64,000 nucleotides of DNA, taken from the NCBI GenBank assembly GCA_951406725.2, contig OX597821.1, forward strand, positions 68,634,001 to 68,698,000. The letters run 5' to 3'. A model generated the notes under the pieces. The model was not told the DNA's origin. It searched no databases and saw only the letters and a list, made by a program, of their open reading frames with translations. The DNA is from Octopus vulgaris (Eukaryota). Below, piece by piece: positions 1 to 13,449 of this stretch. Numbering within the stretch: the first letter of the stretch is position 1; each line of letters starts with the position of its first letter. A program made the translations under genes and the position numbers.

Positions 1-511
1 GAACACACTTCACTGGCTGGGCCTGACTGCATGTTGTACCTCCAGAAGCAATTTGCCCGCACTAATGGAGATACAACACCACGTACACAGCTCGAAATGG
101 TTGCTGAGAGCAACACACTTCACCTATTCTGTGAAACTTGTAAATAAACCGGCTGTAAATTGCATTTGTACTTAAAGCCTTCTTTCTTCGCCTGCCGGAG
201 CCTGAACTACACAAAGAAAACAATATAATGGAAGATGGCGATATTCTCCCGATATCGTAAACCTTGCCTTCCATTATAGAAGTGTGCAGTACATCTCAAT
301 ACAGTCTTATTGCACTACAATACTTCAGTGTAGTATATTATAAGGCGTAGTGCAATACAGAAGAGTAAACAATAACATTTGGTTAACAACAACATGAGTC
401 TTTGATATCACAAAATACCTTCACTCTCGTCACCACCACTATCACCACCACTGTCAACGAAATCCTGCCGAGTTCATTTTTGCGTTACATCTTTCCGGGA
501 GTTCGGAGTGC

Positions 512-976
512 AGTTAAAAAGTCGGGGTACAGTCAAAAAGTCGGAGGCACAGTCAAAATGTCGGGAGCACAGACAAAAAGTCGGGGGCACAGTCAAAAAG
601 TCAGGGGCACAGTCAAAATGTCGGGGGCACCGTCAAAAAGTCGGGAGAACCGTCAAAATGTCGGGGGCACAGTAAAAAATTCGGGGGCACAGTCAAAAAG
701 TCGGGGGCACCGTCAAAAGGTCAGGAGCAACGTCAAAAAGTCGGGGACACAGTCAAAAAGTCGAGGGCACCGTCAAAAAGTCGGGGGCACAGTCAAAAAG
801 TCGGGGGCACAATCAAAAAGTCGGGGTTACCGTCAAAAGGTCGGGAGCACCGTCAAAAAGTCGGGGGCACCGTCAAAAGGTCGGGAGCACCGTCAAAAAG
901 TCGGGGGCACCGTCAAAAAGTCGGGGGCACAATCAAAAAGTCGGGGGCACAGTCAAAAAGTCGGAGGCACAGTCAA
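512..976 (+). repeat. 20-bp minisatellite, about 23 copies (consensus AGTCAAAAAGTCGGGGGCAC)
   Basis: Exact 20-nt phase visible from 531 to 970; explains the periodic ORF 402..1172. Confidence 0.97.
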
Positions 977-1797
977 GAGACACAATCGATTAAACTGGCC
1001 TCCTGTAACTGCGACAAATCTTAAATTTTTGTTATCGTTTTTGTTCTTAGAGATGTTGTTAATGGTGGTGCTGGTGGTGCTGGTACTGGTGGTGACGGTG
1101 GTGGTGGTGGTGGTGGTGGTGGTGCTACTGCTGCTGGTATTGGTGCTGGTGATGATGATAACGACGACATGATATAGCAGAGCAGTGTCAAACAGAATTG
1201 CTTATCTCCCTTTACAAATTTGAGTTCAATTCCGGTCATGGTTAAAACTCAAATTTGCCCGCCATCCATCTGGAGTCGATAAAATAAAGTACCAGTTAAA
1301 TACTCGGGTAAGTGGTATTAACAACCCTACTTACCTCAGTGCTACTAGCCTTGTGCCTAAAGCGCGTTGTTTATAAATATGTGTGTGTGTGTGTGCGTGT
1401 GTGTGTGTGTGTGTATTTGTTCTCTCACACACACGTCCCGTTTGACAACTGGTGACGTTTTTTATTACGTCACAGTTATAGTTTGGCAACAGAATCCGAT
1501 TAAATAATTAACGGACTTCAAAGAAACATTAAATACGTGAGTCTAATTTATTTTTCGACTAAAACCCTTCAATGCGGTGCTCCAGCATGGCCGTAGTCCA
1601 ATGGCTAAAACATGTAAAAAGCGAAAACAGTAAAAAGAGGAGTTCATATGCCGCCGGGGTCGACTGTGCCTCTCATCCTTTCGGGGTCCACAAAATAAGT
1701 ACCAGTTGAACACTGGAGTTGATCTAATCAACTTACCCCCCTCCCCAAACCTGCTGGCCTTGCGCCAATACTTGAAACCATTATTAGAAGTATGGAA

Positions 1798-1985
1798 GGC
1801 GGCGAGCTGGCAGAATCGTTAGCACGCCGGATAAAGCACTTAGCGACATTTCGTCTGTCTTTACGTTCTGAGTTCAAATTCCGCCTGGGTCGATTTTGCC
1901 ATTCATTCTTTCGGGGTCGATGATAAAAAGTACCATAAAAGTACTGGGGTCGATATAATCGACTAGTCCCCCCTCCCTCGAAATT
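1798..1985 (+). mobile_element. tRNA-derived SINE family A (MetaSINE-like central domain)
   Basis: GGCGGCGAGCTGGCAGAATCGTTAG head, GAGTTCAAATTCC B-box, central GCC.TTCAT.CTTTCGGGGTCGAT; partial copies at 1245-1360, 1640-1782, 3190-3392(-), 3838-4000, 9057-9182, 39085-39220. Confidence 0.85.
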
Positions 1986-2453
1986 TCATATACGAGTACG
2001 TTGCATGTGTTCTTATGATAGTCTGTGTTTTAGTAGAACACAGTACAGCGGTGAAGTCTGTGCTGGACATCCTTATGCCGTAGTGTAGCAATATATTACT
2101 GTAGACTACTGTAGTGTAATGCACAATGTTGTACAATAGAATATGCGACAGTATAAAATTAACAACAGCAACAGCAACAACAACAACAACAACAACAACA
2201 GGTTTCTTTCCTATAACAAACCATCTTCACTCTCATCACCACCACCACCACTACCGTCAAGCTGGACTGCATCCAGCAATTTATTCTAATGTCGTGCCTT
2301 CCCAGTAACATGGAACGACATGAGATCTATGATGAGTGGGAATCACACGCTGTGCTAAGGAACATGAAAAGTCCAAGATAAGTTTATTTGGCACCAGCAT
2401 ATACATTTATTCGACAATGCTTGCTTTCTTGCTCGCTGCTTTTCCACCCCCAC

Positions 2454-2491
<38 letters not shown>

Positions 2492-4000
2492 GGAACCAGA
2501 CCAACTTCTAGATGCCTACACCACACCTTGTTTCCTTATAAAACCATCGCCAATACAGTTATTTATGGAGTCATTGCTAAAGCATAAACTCATTCCAAGA
2601 CTTCAATGAACGTAATATATATTTTTGGTTTTTGTTTATTTTATACCTGTTTGTTTGTTTTGTGTGTGTATCGTGTGTATGTGTGTGTATGTTTTATCGG
2701 TTTGTTTGCGATTTTATTTATTCCATATTTTAAACTCTTACTTCGTTACAATTTACCGACATCAAGTATAATATTTTCCTATCAACTGAAGATAATTCAC
2801 AAATTATGTCAATCCAAATTAGATTTCATACATTTTCTCTCTCACACATACAGCTACACACACGCAGCTCACATTTTTGCCCATTATCTATATAGACATA
2901 TAGATAGATCTGTCCTTTTTTTATATTTATTGCATGCATTTTCCAATAATAAAATGGTAATGATGATTACTTATATAGGCGCGAGGCCAGAACTTTTTTA
3001 TTATTATTATTTGGCTGATACTGTTTTTTTTTAACCGACCACCAGTAAGATAAAAGTCAAAGTTGATTTCAGTGGGAATCGAACTTAGAGAATAAAGTGA
3101 CCCAACTAAATATAGCAAAGTGTTTTGTCCAACGCATTAACGATACTGCCATCCAGTGCCGTAGGTTAAAAAGCTGTTTCTAATCTTTACATAAAACCAG
3201 CAATTTTCAGGGGAGTGGGCAAACCGATTACATCGATTCCAGTGCTTGACTGGTACTTTATTTTGTCAGTCTCAAAAGAATGAAAAGCAAAGTTAATCTC
3301 GGTAGGATTTGAACTCAAAAACGTAAAGAGAAGGAGTATATCCCGCTAAGCATTTTGTCTGATCTGCTAAAGATTCTGCCGGCTCGCTGCCTCAACGCCA
3401 TAACCAAAAGTAACAACGATATATTTCTTAACAACGATGCAAGACCACAAATTTCGCGATACGATGTAGCTGACGGGTTCTTTACTTTATAGACTCTCAA
3501 AAGAGTGAACAGTAAAAGTGACCTCAAAGAAAACGAACCGGTTCCTGCCGTTTTAAATCCTTCCGAAAATCTGGACAGAAACTAAAAACTTTGGAGGTGC
3601 AAGGTACAGTCGATGGAACCGACGCCAGCACTTGAGTAATATTTGTGACAAATTTTAATTTTTTTTTTTTTTTTGCTTCTGATGGTGAGGAAGACAAGGA
3701 GAACGAGGAGGTGGCGGAACCTGAAGACGGACGAAATACTACTAACCATTTTGTCCGACGTGCTATGGGGTTCGATAACATACAGAGCTAGTCAATGTAA
3801 TCATCTGAAGCTCTTTTGTCAAAATCAGACGCAATAAAGGTTGCGAACTTCCAGAATCGTTAGTGCATCGGAAAAACACTTAGCGGTTGGTAAGTAAGCT
3901 ACTTGCCAGGCAGCCACTCCCGCACCTTTATATTCTAAGTTCAAATTCCGCCGGAGTCGACTTTGATTTTATCCTTTCAGATTCGATGAAATAAGTATCA

Positions 4001-4350
4001 GTGCCAAAGATCCCAACATTTCCATTTGGATACAGGACCAGATACAGCAACAGCTTGGGTTTCAGGGGTCCACGGCTCTTCGATATCCTCCCAAAAGGCC
4101 TGAGATATCTACATTGTTGTTATTGCTGTTGATGTAGGTGTCTTCAAAACAAAACTGGATCTCCTCCTCTCAAGTGTTCCGTACGAACCTATCACGCGGC
4201 AGAAAACGCAGATGAAAGCAGCAACATTGAACTCACTTATTTACCAAATTCCACATATCAGAAAAGGTTTCAAGTAGTGAAAGTGTAGCAAAGCTAACGG
4301 TGGCACTCCAGCATGGCCGCAGATATAGCACTAAAACAAATAAAAGAAAA
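4001..4350 (+). mobile_element. Decayed CR1-clade LINE 3' fragment
   Basis: Translates to remnants like SLGFRGPRLFDILPK..L.D and FKTKLDLLLSSVPYEP; homologous to 24110-24768. Confidence 0.8.
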
Positions 4351-4428
4351 ATATAAAAGAAAAAAATTAATAGAAAAAAATTCACGTGAGCATATATATA
4401 TATATATATATTGCACACACACACACAA

Positions 4429-4953
4429 GGCGGCGAGATGGCAGAAACGTTAGCACGTTGGGCGAAATGCTTTGCGGTATTTCGTTCTAAGTTCAAATTC
4501 TTCATACAGTTACGCACTGGGGTCGATATAATCGACTTAATCCGTTTGTCCGTCCTTGTTTGTCCTCTCTGTGTTTAGCCCCTTGTGGGTAGTAAAGAAA
4601 TAGGTATTCCGTCTGCCGTTATGTTCTGAGTTCAAATTCCGCCGAGGTCGACTTTGCCTTTCATCCTTTCGGGGTCAATAAATTAAGTACCAGTTACGCA
4701 CTGGGGTCGATATAATCGACTTAATCCGTTTGTCTGTCCTTGTTTGTCCACTCTATGTTTAACCCCTTGTGGGTAGTAAAGAAATAGGTATTCCGTCTGC
4801 CGTTATGTTCTGAGTTCAAATTCCGCCGAGGTCGACTTTGCCTTTCATCCTTTCGGGGTCGATAAATTAAGTACCAGTTGCGTACTAGGGTCGATCTAAT
4901 CGACTGGACCCCCTCCCTCAAAAATTTCGGGCCTTGCGTCTAGAGTAGAAAAA
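4429..4953 (+). mobile_element. Tandem composite of SINE family A (three partial units)
   Basis: 4508-4688 repeated at 4692-4875; units restart at GTATT(C/T)CGTCTG after the AAAGAAATAG tail. Confidence 0.88.
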
Positions 4954-5334
4954 GTTTACACACGCAAACACAGACAAACACGCACACAAACACACTCATA
5001 CTATCACTCACACACACACGCACGCGCGCGCGTGCAAATGTTCATGCTCGAAGCATGAGGTTGTAGGTTCACCCTCTCTGCGGGTCATCTTCGGCAAGTG
5101 TCTTTTATCATTCTTTCGCTTTAAATCAAGATTTACGAGTCAACAGAAACTATGCAGAACCCCAACGAACAAAGTGTACAAGCAATTTAAAGGTTCAACT
5201 CAGTTCGCATTGCTTTCATGCCTGGAAATTTCTCTTAAGGTACAAATGTCTGTAAAAACAGGCAGCAACTTACACTTTAAATTGAATGACCAGCGGGGTT
5301 CGTTGGCGAGACCGATGAAGATTCGTTTTGTTTC

Positions 5335-5652
5335 GTATGTATGCATGTATGTATGTATGTATGTATGTATGTATGTATGTATGCATGTATGTATGTATGC
5401 ATGTATGCATGCATGTATGTATGTATGTATGTATGTATGTATGTATGTATGTATGCATGTATGTATGTATGTATGTATGTATGTATGTATGCATGTATGT
5501 ACGTATGTATGTATGTATGCATGTATGTATGTATGTATGTATGTATGTATGTATGCATGTATGCATGCATGTATGTATGTATGTATGTATGCATGTATGT
5601 ATGTATGTATGTATGTATGCATGTATGTATGTATGCATGTATGTATGTATGC

Positions 5653-5685
<33 letters not shown>

Positions 5686-5715
5686 TGTATGTGAGTATGC
5701 ATGCATGTATGTACA
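5335..5715. repeat. (TATG)n microsatellite with TGCA variants
   Basis: Direct reading. Confidence 0.97.
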
Positions 5716-5771
5716 TATGTAAAATATTTTGTATATATGTGTATGCGTTTCTGTCAATATTTGTGTGTACG

Positions 5772-5804
<33 letters not shown>

Positions 5805-5850
5805 GTGTATGTGTGTGTGTCTATGCGGTGTGTGTATGTGTGACTGGCTC

Positions 5851-5893
<43 letters not shown>

Positions 5894-6171
5894 AGATATT
5901 TACGCATTTAAGTATGCATATAGATTGTTTTATTCTTTTTTGCGCTCCAGTCCAAAAGCTGTGCCCATGCTGAGGCACACAAACACATATATATATATGC
6001 ATGCATACATACATACATACATACATACATACATACATACATACATACATACATACATACATACACACACATATGTACATACGTTTAGTGATGCAATCTA
6101 GAAAAATAGAACTCAAAATATATGTATATTGATAAAAACATATGCATACATATGTATATTACATATATATA

Positions 6172-7430
6172 CAGAGGTTGGACAAAATAATGGAAACTCC
6201 TTAAAAGTTCAAACAAATTTATTTTAATATGGGGTAGGACCACCTTTGGCAGTAATTACAGCTTGAATTCAACGAAGTATAGACTCGTACAAAGTTTGAA
6301 TTGCTTCCAAAGGAATGTTTGTCCATTCTCCAGCTAAAACAGTCTCCAGTTCTTGTAGTAATGATGGTGGAGGATATCAACTCCTTACTTATTTTTCTAA
6401 AATGTACCATAAATGTTCAATAATATTGAGATCTGGGGACTCTAGTGATCAACTTCACTAGAATGTTCCTCGAGACATTCAGTGATAATTTTAGCTGTGT
6501 GAATTGGTGCATTATCATCCTGAAAGATTGCGTTTCCCTCCAGAAACAGTTCTGCAACCACAGGATGAATTTGATCAGTTAAAATGCTTAAATAGTTTTG
6601 ACTATTAATTCTGCCACGAAGGTTAAACCATTGGGCCGGCGAATTTCCAAGATATAGCACACACACCCCTATCATCACAGATCCTCCATGTTTAACAGCT
6701 GGAAGAAGGCAATCTGGGTCAAATGCTTCTTTTTGCTGTCTCCACAAGTATACTCGGCCGGTGGTCGGAAATAACGTAAAGGATGACTCGTCCGAGAAAA
6801 TAACATTCTTCCACTGCTCTAGGGACCAATTCTGTGGGTTTTTACTCCACTGTAAACGTTTTGCAACGTTTGCTTTTGAAAGTAGTGGTTTTCTGATTGC
6901 AGCCCTCCCGTTAAATCCGGCTTTGTGCAGCTCCCGGTGAACAGTTTTTGTGGAAACTGAATTCTCGAAGTGGTCATTAAGCTCTACAGTAATTTAGGGA
7001 GCTGTACTTTTGTGATTCTTTCTAGCAATTCGCGTAAGAGTCCGACGGTCCCTATCTGAAAGTTTTGGTTTTCTTCCAGAGTTTTGTTCCGACGAGGAAG
7101 CTTTTCCCTCTTTTTCAAAGGCTGTCATTACTTTCAAGACAGTACTTCTTGATGTACCAAACGTTTAGGCTAGCGCCTGCCATACGAGCCCCGACGATTT
7201 GACCTCTTTGAAAGTCCGATAGATCTGTCATTTTAATGAATTTCAATTACCTTTTCTGATGTTAAATGAAAAGAAACAGCAATGTTTTTGCAAAACATAT
7301 TAAGCAACACTAATAATAAATCAAATAAACATTAAAATCAACAAGCTTTTCATTGTTTTATAGATATTTCAAAATTATGATGCTATGATGCTATGATGCT
7401 AGGTGTTTCCATTATTTTGTCCAACCCATG
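6172..7430 (-). mobile_element. Tc1-family DNA transposon, full-length and decayed
   Basis: 26-bp TIRs CAGAGGTTGGACAAAATAATGGAAAC / GTTTCCATTATTTTGTCCAACCCATG, with TA on both flanks. Confidence 0.95.
6224..7231 (-). pseudogene. Tc1 transposase pseudogene
   Basis: MTDLSDFQRGQIVGARMAGAS start, VKHGGSVM, FQDDNAPIH, GGPTPY end; stops and frameshifts present. Confidence 0.93.
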
Positions 7431-7479
7431 TATATGTTGTTTCTTAAATGGCTTATAAACACTTACCACGCTGGAATTG

Positions 7480-7818
<339 letters not shown>

Positions 7819-7913
7819 CTTGGGAGTGTCATCCTCTTTTCGTGCCAGATATGCTTCAATACACGAACTCACATAAAGAATCTTGCAAACCAAATGCCAA
7901 AACGAAATATATA

Positions 7914-8263
7914 TCTCTATATATATAAACAGCAAAATCTCTGTGTGTGTGTCCTTTATACAAATCCACAATTTTTCAGTTAGAGGACTCGCACTTTCTA
8001 TGCTCATTTAAAACTGTCCAAGGGTGGTCGTGCACATCTTTACATTTCCCCAGTCACCCCGCAACGCCATTAAAAAATCAATAGAAGTGACTTTTTTGTG
8101 AATTTTCTATCGAAGACCCAATCAAAATTACCGAAACTTGATACGCCAATTGAATTCCAGCTAGCTGTATGTAATTGGTCGGAGATTTGGACAGTACTCA
8201 CGTGTATGTGCGCACGCACGCACGCAGCTGTATATGCATGCACTAGCACTATGACCGTGCTAG
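7914..8263 (+). mobile_element. Probable non-autonomous Helitron
   Basis: A|TC start resembling the other two Helitrons; ends in hairpin CTAGCAC..GTGCTAG|T. Confidence 0.55.
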
Positions 8264-8271
8264 TAATAATA

Positions 8272-8731
8272 ATAGGGCAACAGAAAATATTCTGCTCAAT
8301 ACCACAGATTTGCTTGTCAGTTGTTTAACCTTAACCAGTTGACCATGTCCCTTAGTGGCTGACGATATGTGCATCTCTGATCACGAGCAGAAGTAGGGGG
8401 GAGCATCATAGCCATGTGTTGAGAGGGATTCTTTAGGGTTTGAATAATTCACCTCTGGAAAATTGGGTGTTTCGTTCAACATCCTTAAGCAACCCTTATT
8501 CAAGGACCTTTTGAGCGGGATGGGTTACTCGACCATAAGAAAATTCTAACTGGGTCCTACCTGCAAGGTCATGTGCTGTTTATCTTGATATGAGATCACC
8601 ATGTCGCGCACATATGGTTGTGATGCATGTGCCTAGTGTACCCTTATCAGACGGGTAGTCATGATGGGTATACTGGGCTTCGTATATTTTACCCCATTGT
8701 CACTTTGATGGCATGCACTTCTCTCTCACTC
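8272..8731 (+). mobile_element. Non-LTR retroelement 3' fragment inserted in (AAT)n, possibly R4/Dong-type 3' UTR
   Basis: Unique block bounded by (AAT)n on both sides; Dong elements are known to target TAA repeats; no coding evidence. Confidence 0.4.
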
Positions 8732-8910
<179 letters not shown>

Positions 8911-10230
8911 TCCTTTCTACTGGAAGCACCAGGCCTCAAATAATGGGGTTGATTCTTCTCTTTTACATTTTTGTCTTTCTCACTGGAAGATATCTGCTAA
9001 TGTTCAGACTTGGAAATGAATGTGTTTCGCCAGGTTTAAAACACCTTAGATACGTCCACCGAGGTCGTCTTTGCTTTTCATCCTTTCGGGGTCGATAAAT
9101 TAAATACCAGTTGCGTACTGGGATCGATTTAATCCACTAACCCCCTCCCCCAAAAGTTTCGGACCTTGTGCCAAGAGTAGAAGTAACACGCCGAACAAAA
9201 TGCTTATAAGTACCAGTTTGAGCACTGGGTCGATGTCATAAGCTAACACCCTCCCCAAAAATTTTAGGTTTTGTTCCTATGGTAGAAAGTATATTTTCAG
9301 TGGTAGATATACTTGTGGTAGATATACTATTATAACAAGGGAGTTATCTGTACACATATCAATGGCAACAGACTTCCAAATTCGATGAGTTTTCTGACAC
9401 TTGATATTGTTATATTCTTTTCTTAAGTATATAACCTCGTCTTGGATATCCTCACCAGTAAAAGTCCGTATATCTAGCTGTCTACGTGTTAAGTCCCCTT
9501 GTCTATATAACTGTCAATACATCAGACCTTTTGGTTACTTAGCTATATGTATACAAGTCTATTTATTTATCTAGCTAACCATCGAGTTAGATGTCTATTT
9601 ACATCAATGATACTCAATCTTCTTGACTTTGTAGTGTGCTGGAAATCAAATTTCAGAGTCTTTAATGTCAGTTACTAATTTAACAAAGATAAGAGCATGT
9701 TTTGAGATTGATAGTAATTCTTAAAAAAGAATTTGAAATTAGTTTTATAAGAGAGGACATGAGAATCACTTCCTGACACTTTGAATGTTATTTCCATAAT
9801 AGTAGGGACTTTTTAAAATTTTATGCTTAGTTTTATCTAGATTATGTTTGCTAAGAAACTCCAATGTCATATTTAGTTCAGTTTATTAATCTATGAATAG
9901 GTGTTATTTAAAATTCTCCTTGTGACTTTTAAAAGTAAAATACGGATGTTCAGGTGTAATCGGTTTCCTTCTGTCGTCAATTATAATAAATATGATTCTC
10001 CACTACATTGCAAACTGGTATTGAAATTTGTGTACTTTTGGTTCTTTCGAACAAAAGCATCCTCATATATATATATAGAGAGAGAGAGAGACAGAAAGGG
10101 GGAGATGTATGCACATATATACACAGATAAATATTATAAAAGGGTAAATTTATATAAATAAATATATATATATAATGCATAAATATAATATACATACCTG
10201 TATACCTATATGTTTTATATAAGTATACAC

Positions 10231-10280
<50 letters not shown>

Positions 10281-10481
10281 TATAAAGATATGCATTTGTA
10301 TATATAACACATATGTATACATACATGTATGCCTTTTTATTTTATATATGATACAAACATACACGTACATAATCTAAAGGTATACAGGTATGTATAGGCA
10401 TACGTATATAAACATACCCCCTCGCACATACATACACACACACTTACACACACATTGAGACAGACAAATATAGAGACAAGC

Positions 10482-10572
<91 letters not shown>

Positions 10573-12164
10573 ATTTTCTCTTTTATATCATTTACATTAT
10601 TATACCACAAATATATTTTCGTTTGAATTGGAAAATTCCTTTGGGAGCCATTCATTTTTAATGTCCTTTGCTTTTATTTTTTATTACTTCATTTCTGCCG
10701 GGATTTCGTTATATATTTTTACCTTGTCTTTTTTCTTTGTTTGCTATTCTTTCTTTTATTTTTGTTTTGTTTTTTGTATTGCAAACGATTCCTAAAGTGG
10801 GAACTGGCCATTTCGTTCTGAAGCCTAAAGCTACTTCATGACAAGCAAATCGAAGTTATCTCCCTTCAATTTTAACGTTTTCGTTTTCTGAAGCGAACGT
10901 GTATAAACAGATCAGTAGCCGTTGAAATGGTAGACATTTTTGCGGTGACAGTAGTTGTAGTGGGAGGTGATACTCGTCACCGTCATCGTCATGACTGAAG
11001 AATTATTAAAAGGAAAGTTATGACATACGTTGCAATCGTGTTTTTTCTTTTTTTTTTTTTTTTTTTTTTGTTATTACTATTTGTAATTATTTGTCTTTCT
11101 TAATAACCTCTTAATATATTCTTAACAACTTGTTTTCCTTAAAAGAGTGTTTGAGCTTCGTTTCCAGAAACGTATGGAATTGAAAGCATTTATCTTGTCA
11201 GAAGTAGGTGTTTTCCAGGTCAAAGATTAAACGCGTTTTTTATGAGCATATTATTTTAATATTTATATTCCACATACCCAAGTAATACATGAATTCGTCT
11301 ACTATTCCACTGATGCTCTACGAAATAGAAAATAAGAATAACACAAGTTCCCTGAATTCCTTCCGGGCTGTAATTATTTTCAGTCAATAAGAAATGTTTC
11401 GCTTCATAAAAATGTTTGATTTATACATCTCAGGTTCTGCCATATTGACGGTTTCCAAAAAGAATGAAATAATGCTATATATATGATTACCACCGACTAA
11501 TAAATTTTAAGAACTTCCTAATAAGTAAACAAATGAATAAATATATAAATAAATAAATAAATATGTGAATTCTATGCAACCTTTCCCTTATAATTCCTTG
11601 ATTTCAAATTCAAATTTCTAATCCCACCAAATATTACAAAAGAATAATTATGTTTCTTGTAATAACTGCAACCATTAGGGGATAACACGTCGCATGAAAT
11701 AGTTGGGAAAATGTTTCGCAATGACAGATCCTTGTGGCAAACTCTTTCGGTACTACTCCATAGTTACCCATTTACAGTGCATTATATCCTTAGCACAACC
11801 AGGACAAAGTCAAATGCGTAATCGTATCGCGAATATTCGCTGTTAATCGTTGTAACGTTCTTTCATTAACATTCGATATGCTTGAGTTGTTAATAGTCAT
11901 GCTTGACTGAGGCTAATTAGGAACTGACTTAAAATAGTTATCAGATCCGAATTCAATAACGGTATCATCACACAGCATGTATTAAAGCGTGTAACTACCA
12001 CTTTACAGTCCAAGAATTCCTTTCCGTTCTTTTATATTTTCACTGTGTGGGAAATTACTTTCACTTTTTTTACAGGGTAAGTACTTTCACTTTCATGAGG
12101 CCCTAGAATCGAAGAAGGAACAAAATGTATTTTTAACAATGCTTGCATAAATTCTAAATAAATT

Positions 12165-12383
12165 AATAATTCTTTTCTACTCTCGGCACAAGGGCCAAAA
12201 TCTGGGGCGAGAGGCCAGTCGGTTAGATCGACCCCAGTACGTAACTGGTACTTAATTTATCGACCCCGAAAGGATGAAAGGCAAAGTCGACCTCGGCGGA
12301 ATTTGAACTCAGAACGTAGCGGTAGACAAAATACCGCTAAGCATTTCGCCTGGCGTGCTAACGTTTCTGCCATCTCGCCGCCT
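12165..12383 (-). mobile_element. SINE family A, full-length
   Basis: Reverse complement matches family A from head to tail; other minus copies at 37090-37299, 57150-57365, 61050-61268, 61285-61500. Confidence 0.9.
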
Positions 12384-12936
12384 TAATCAGGATAATAATT
12401 AAAACGTTGCGGAGATGCTAATGAAATAGCCATATATTGTATATATTATATACGCCTATGCACAAATACATGAATGTACATATATTTATGCATATAGCTA
12501 TATATATAGGGTGCCTCAGCAAGTGACACCCGATTTGAAAGACCTAGAGAAAGCATATCATTGATGAGGCCACAAATGGCGACGAAAGAACTTTAACAAG
12601 CCTAAGTGACTGATTGTATAATCAAACAGTCTATGTGTTAACTGGTTAAATGATTAACCATCTGGCTAATAATAGTAAAAGAAATGAAACAGAACCAGCA
12701 CGTGTGCCTATTATTGGCATAATGACGGTCCTGATATACATCTAAATCTTTTTCTGCATACGTGTTTACATCAAGAAACTTGCAAACCAAATACAAAAAT
12801 GAAACAGTCATTTCTTTTTCTTTTTTTTTTTTTTTGTATAACATCTCATTTTTTTTTAAACCTGTACCTCAATTCAGAACGCAAAGAAACTATTTCATAT
12901 TTTAACTACAAGTATAATTTTCTTTTTATATATGTA

Positions 12937-13449
12937 CTAGCAGTATCGCCCGGCGTTGCTCGGGTTTGTAAGGGAAATAACTATATAAGCATTTATAGAG
13001 AGTTACTTCCCTTATAGATGCCAATTCGGGCTTTCTTAGCCATTTCTGCTTTGGTGTCTTCAAGCCATGAAGTCGTTGTTCTAAAAGAACGCTGGTCTCC
13101 TTGACAACGCTTTACGACGTTGATTTCCTTACACTCCCTTCCCCACAGCTTCACGAGGGAGGGAAGAAGGGGGAGAAGCAAACAGGTGCAGATGTGACCG
13201 TGGACGCCAACTCCGCCGCCATCGACACACGAAAAATTATGCATTAAAATGGAATAAAAAATGATGTTAAATTATTTTTAAAATCGTAGACTCATCGTAG
13301 ACGCGCACTAATACCCAGACGGGCTCGATATGAATCACGACTATAAGATACCCGAATTTGGTTAAACTGCACCGCAAAATGTGGGAGTAGTTAGGAATCT
13401 AAATCGAAGGGGACAGACACTCACACAACTACAGTTTTATATATATAGA
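12937..13449 (-). mobile_element. Non-autonomous Helitron
   Basis: Minus strand reads A|TCTATATAT... to hairpin CCCGAGCAACGCCGGG, then GATACTGCTAG|T; no TSD. Confidence 0.85.

Noticed and set aside
512-976. CRISPR-like regular array
   Set aside because: Units are contiguous with no unique spacers, there are no cas genes, and the context is eukaryotic
402-1172. 256-aa K/S/G-rich ORF resembling a histone H1 or protamine-like protein
   Set aside because: It is the translation of a 20-bp minisatellite plus (GGT)n; the unit length is not a multiple of 3 and the start is TTG
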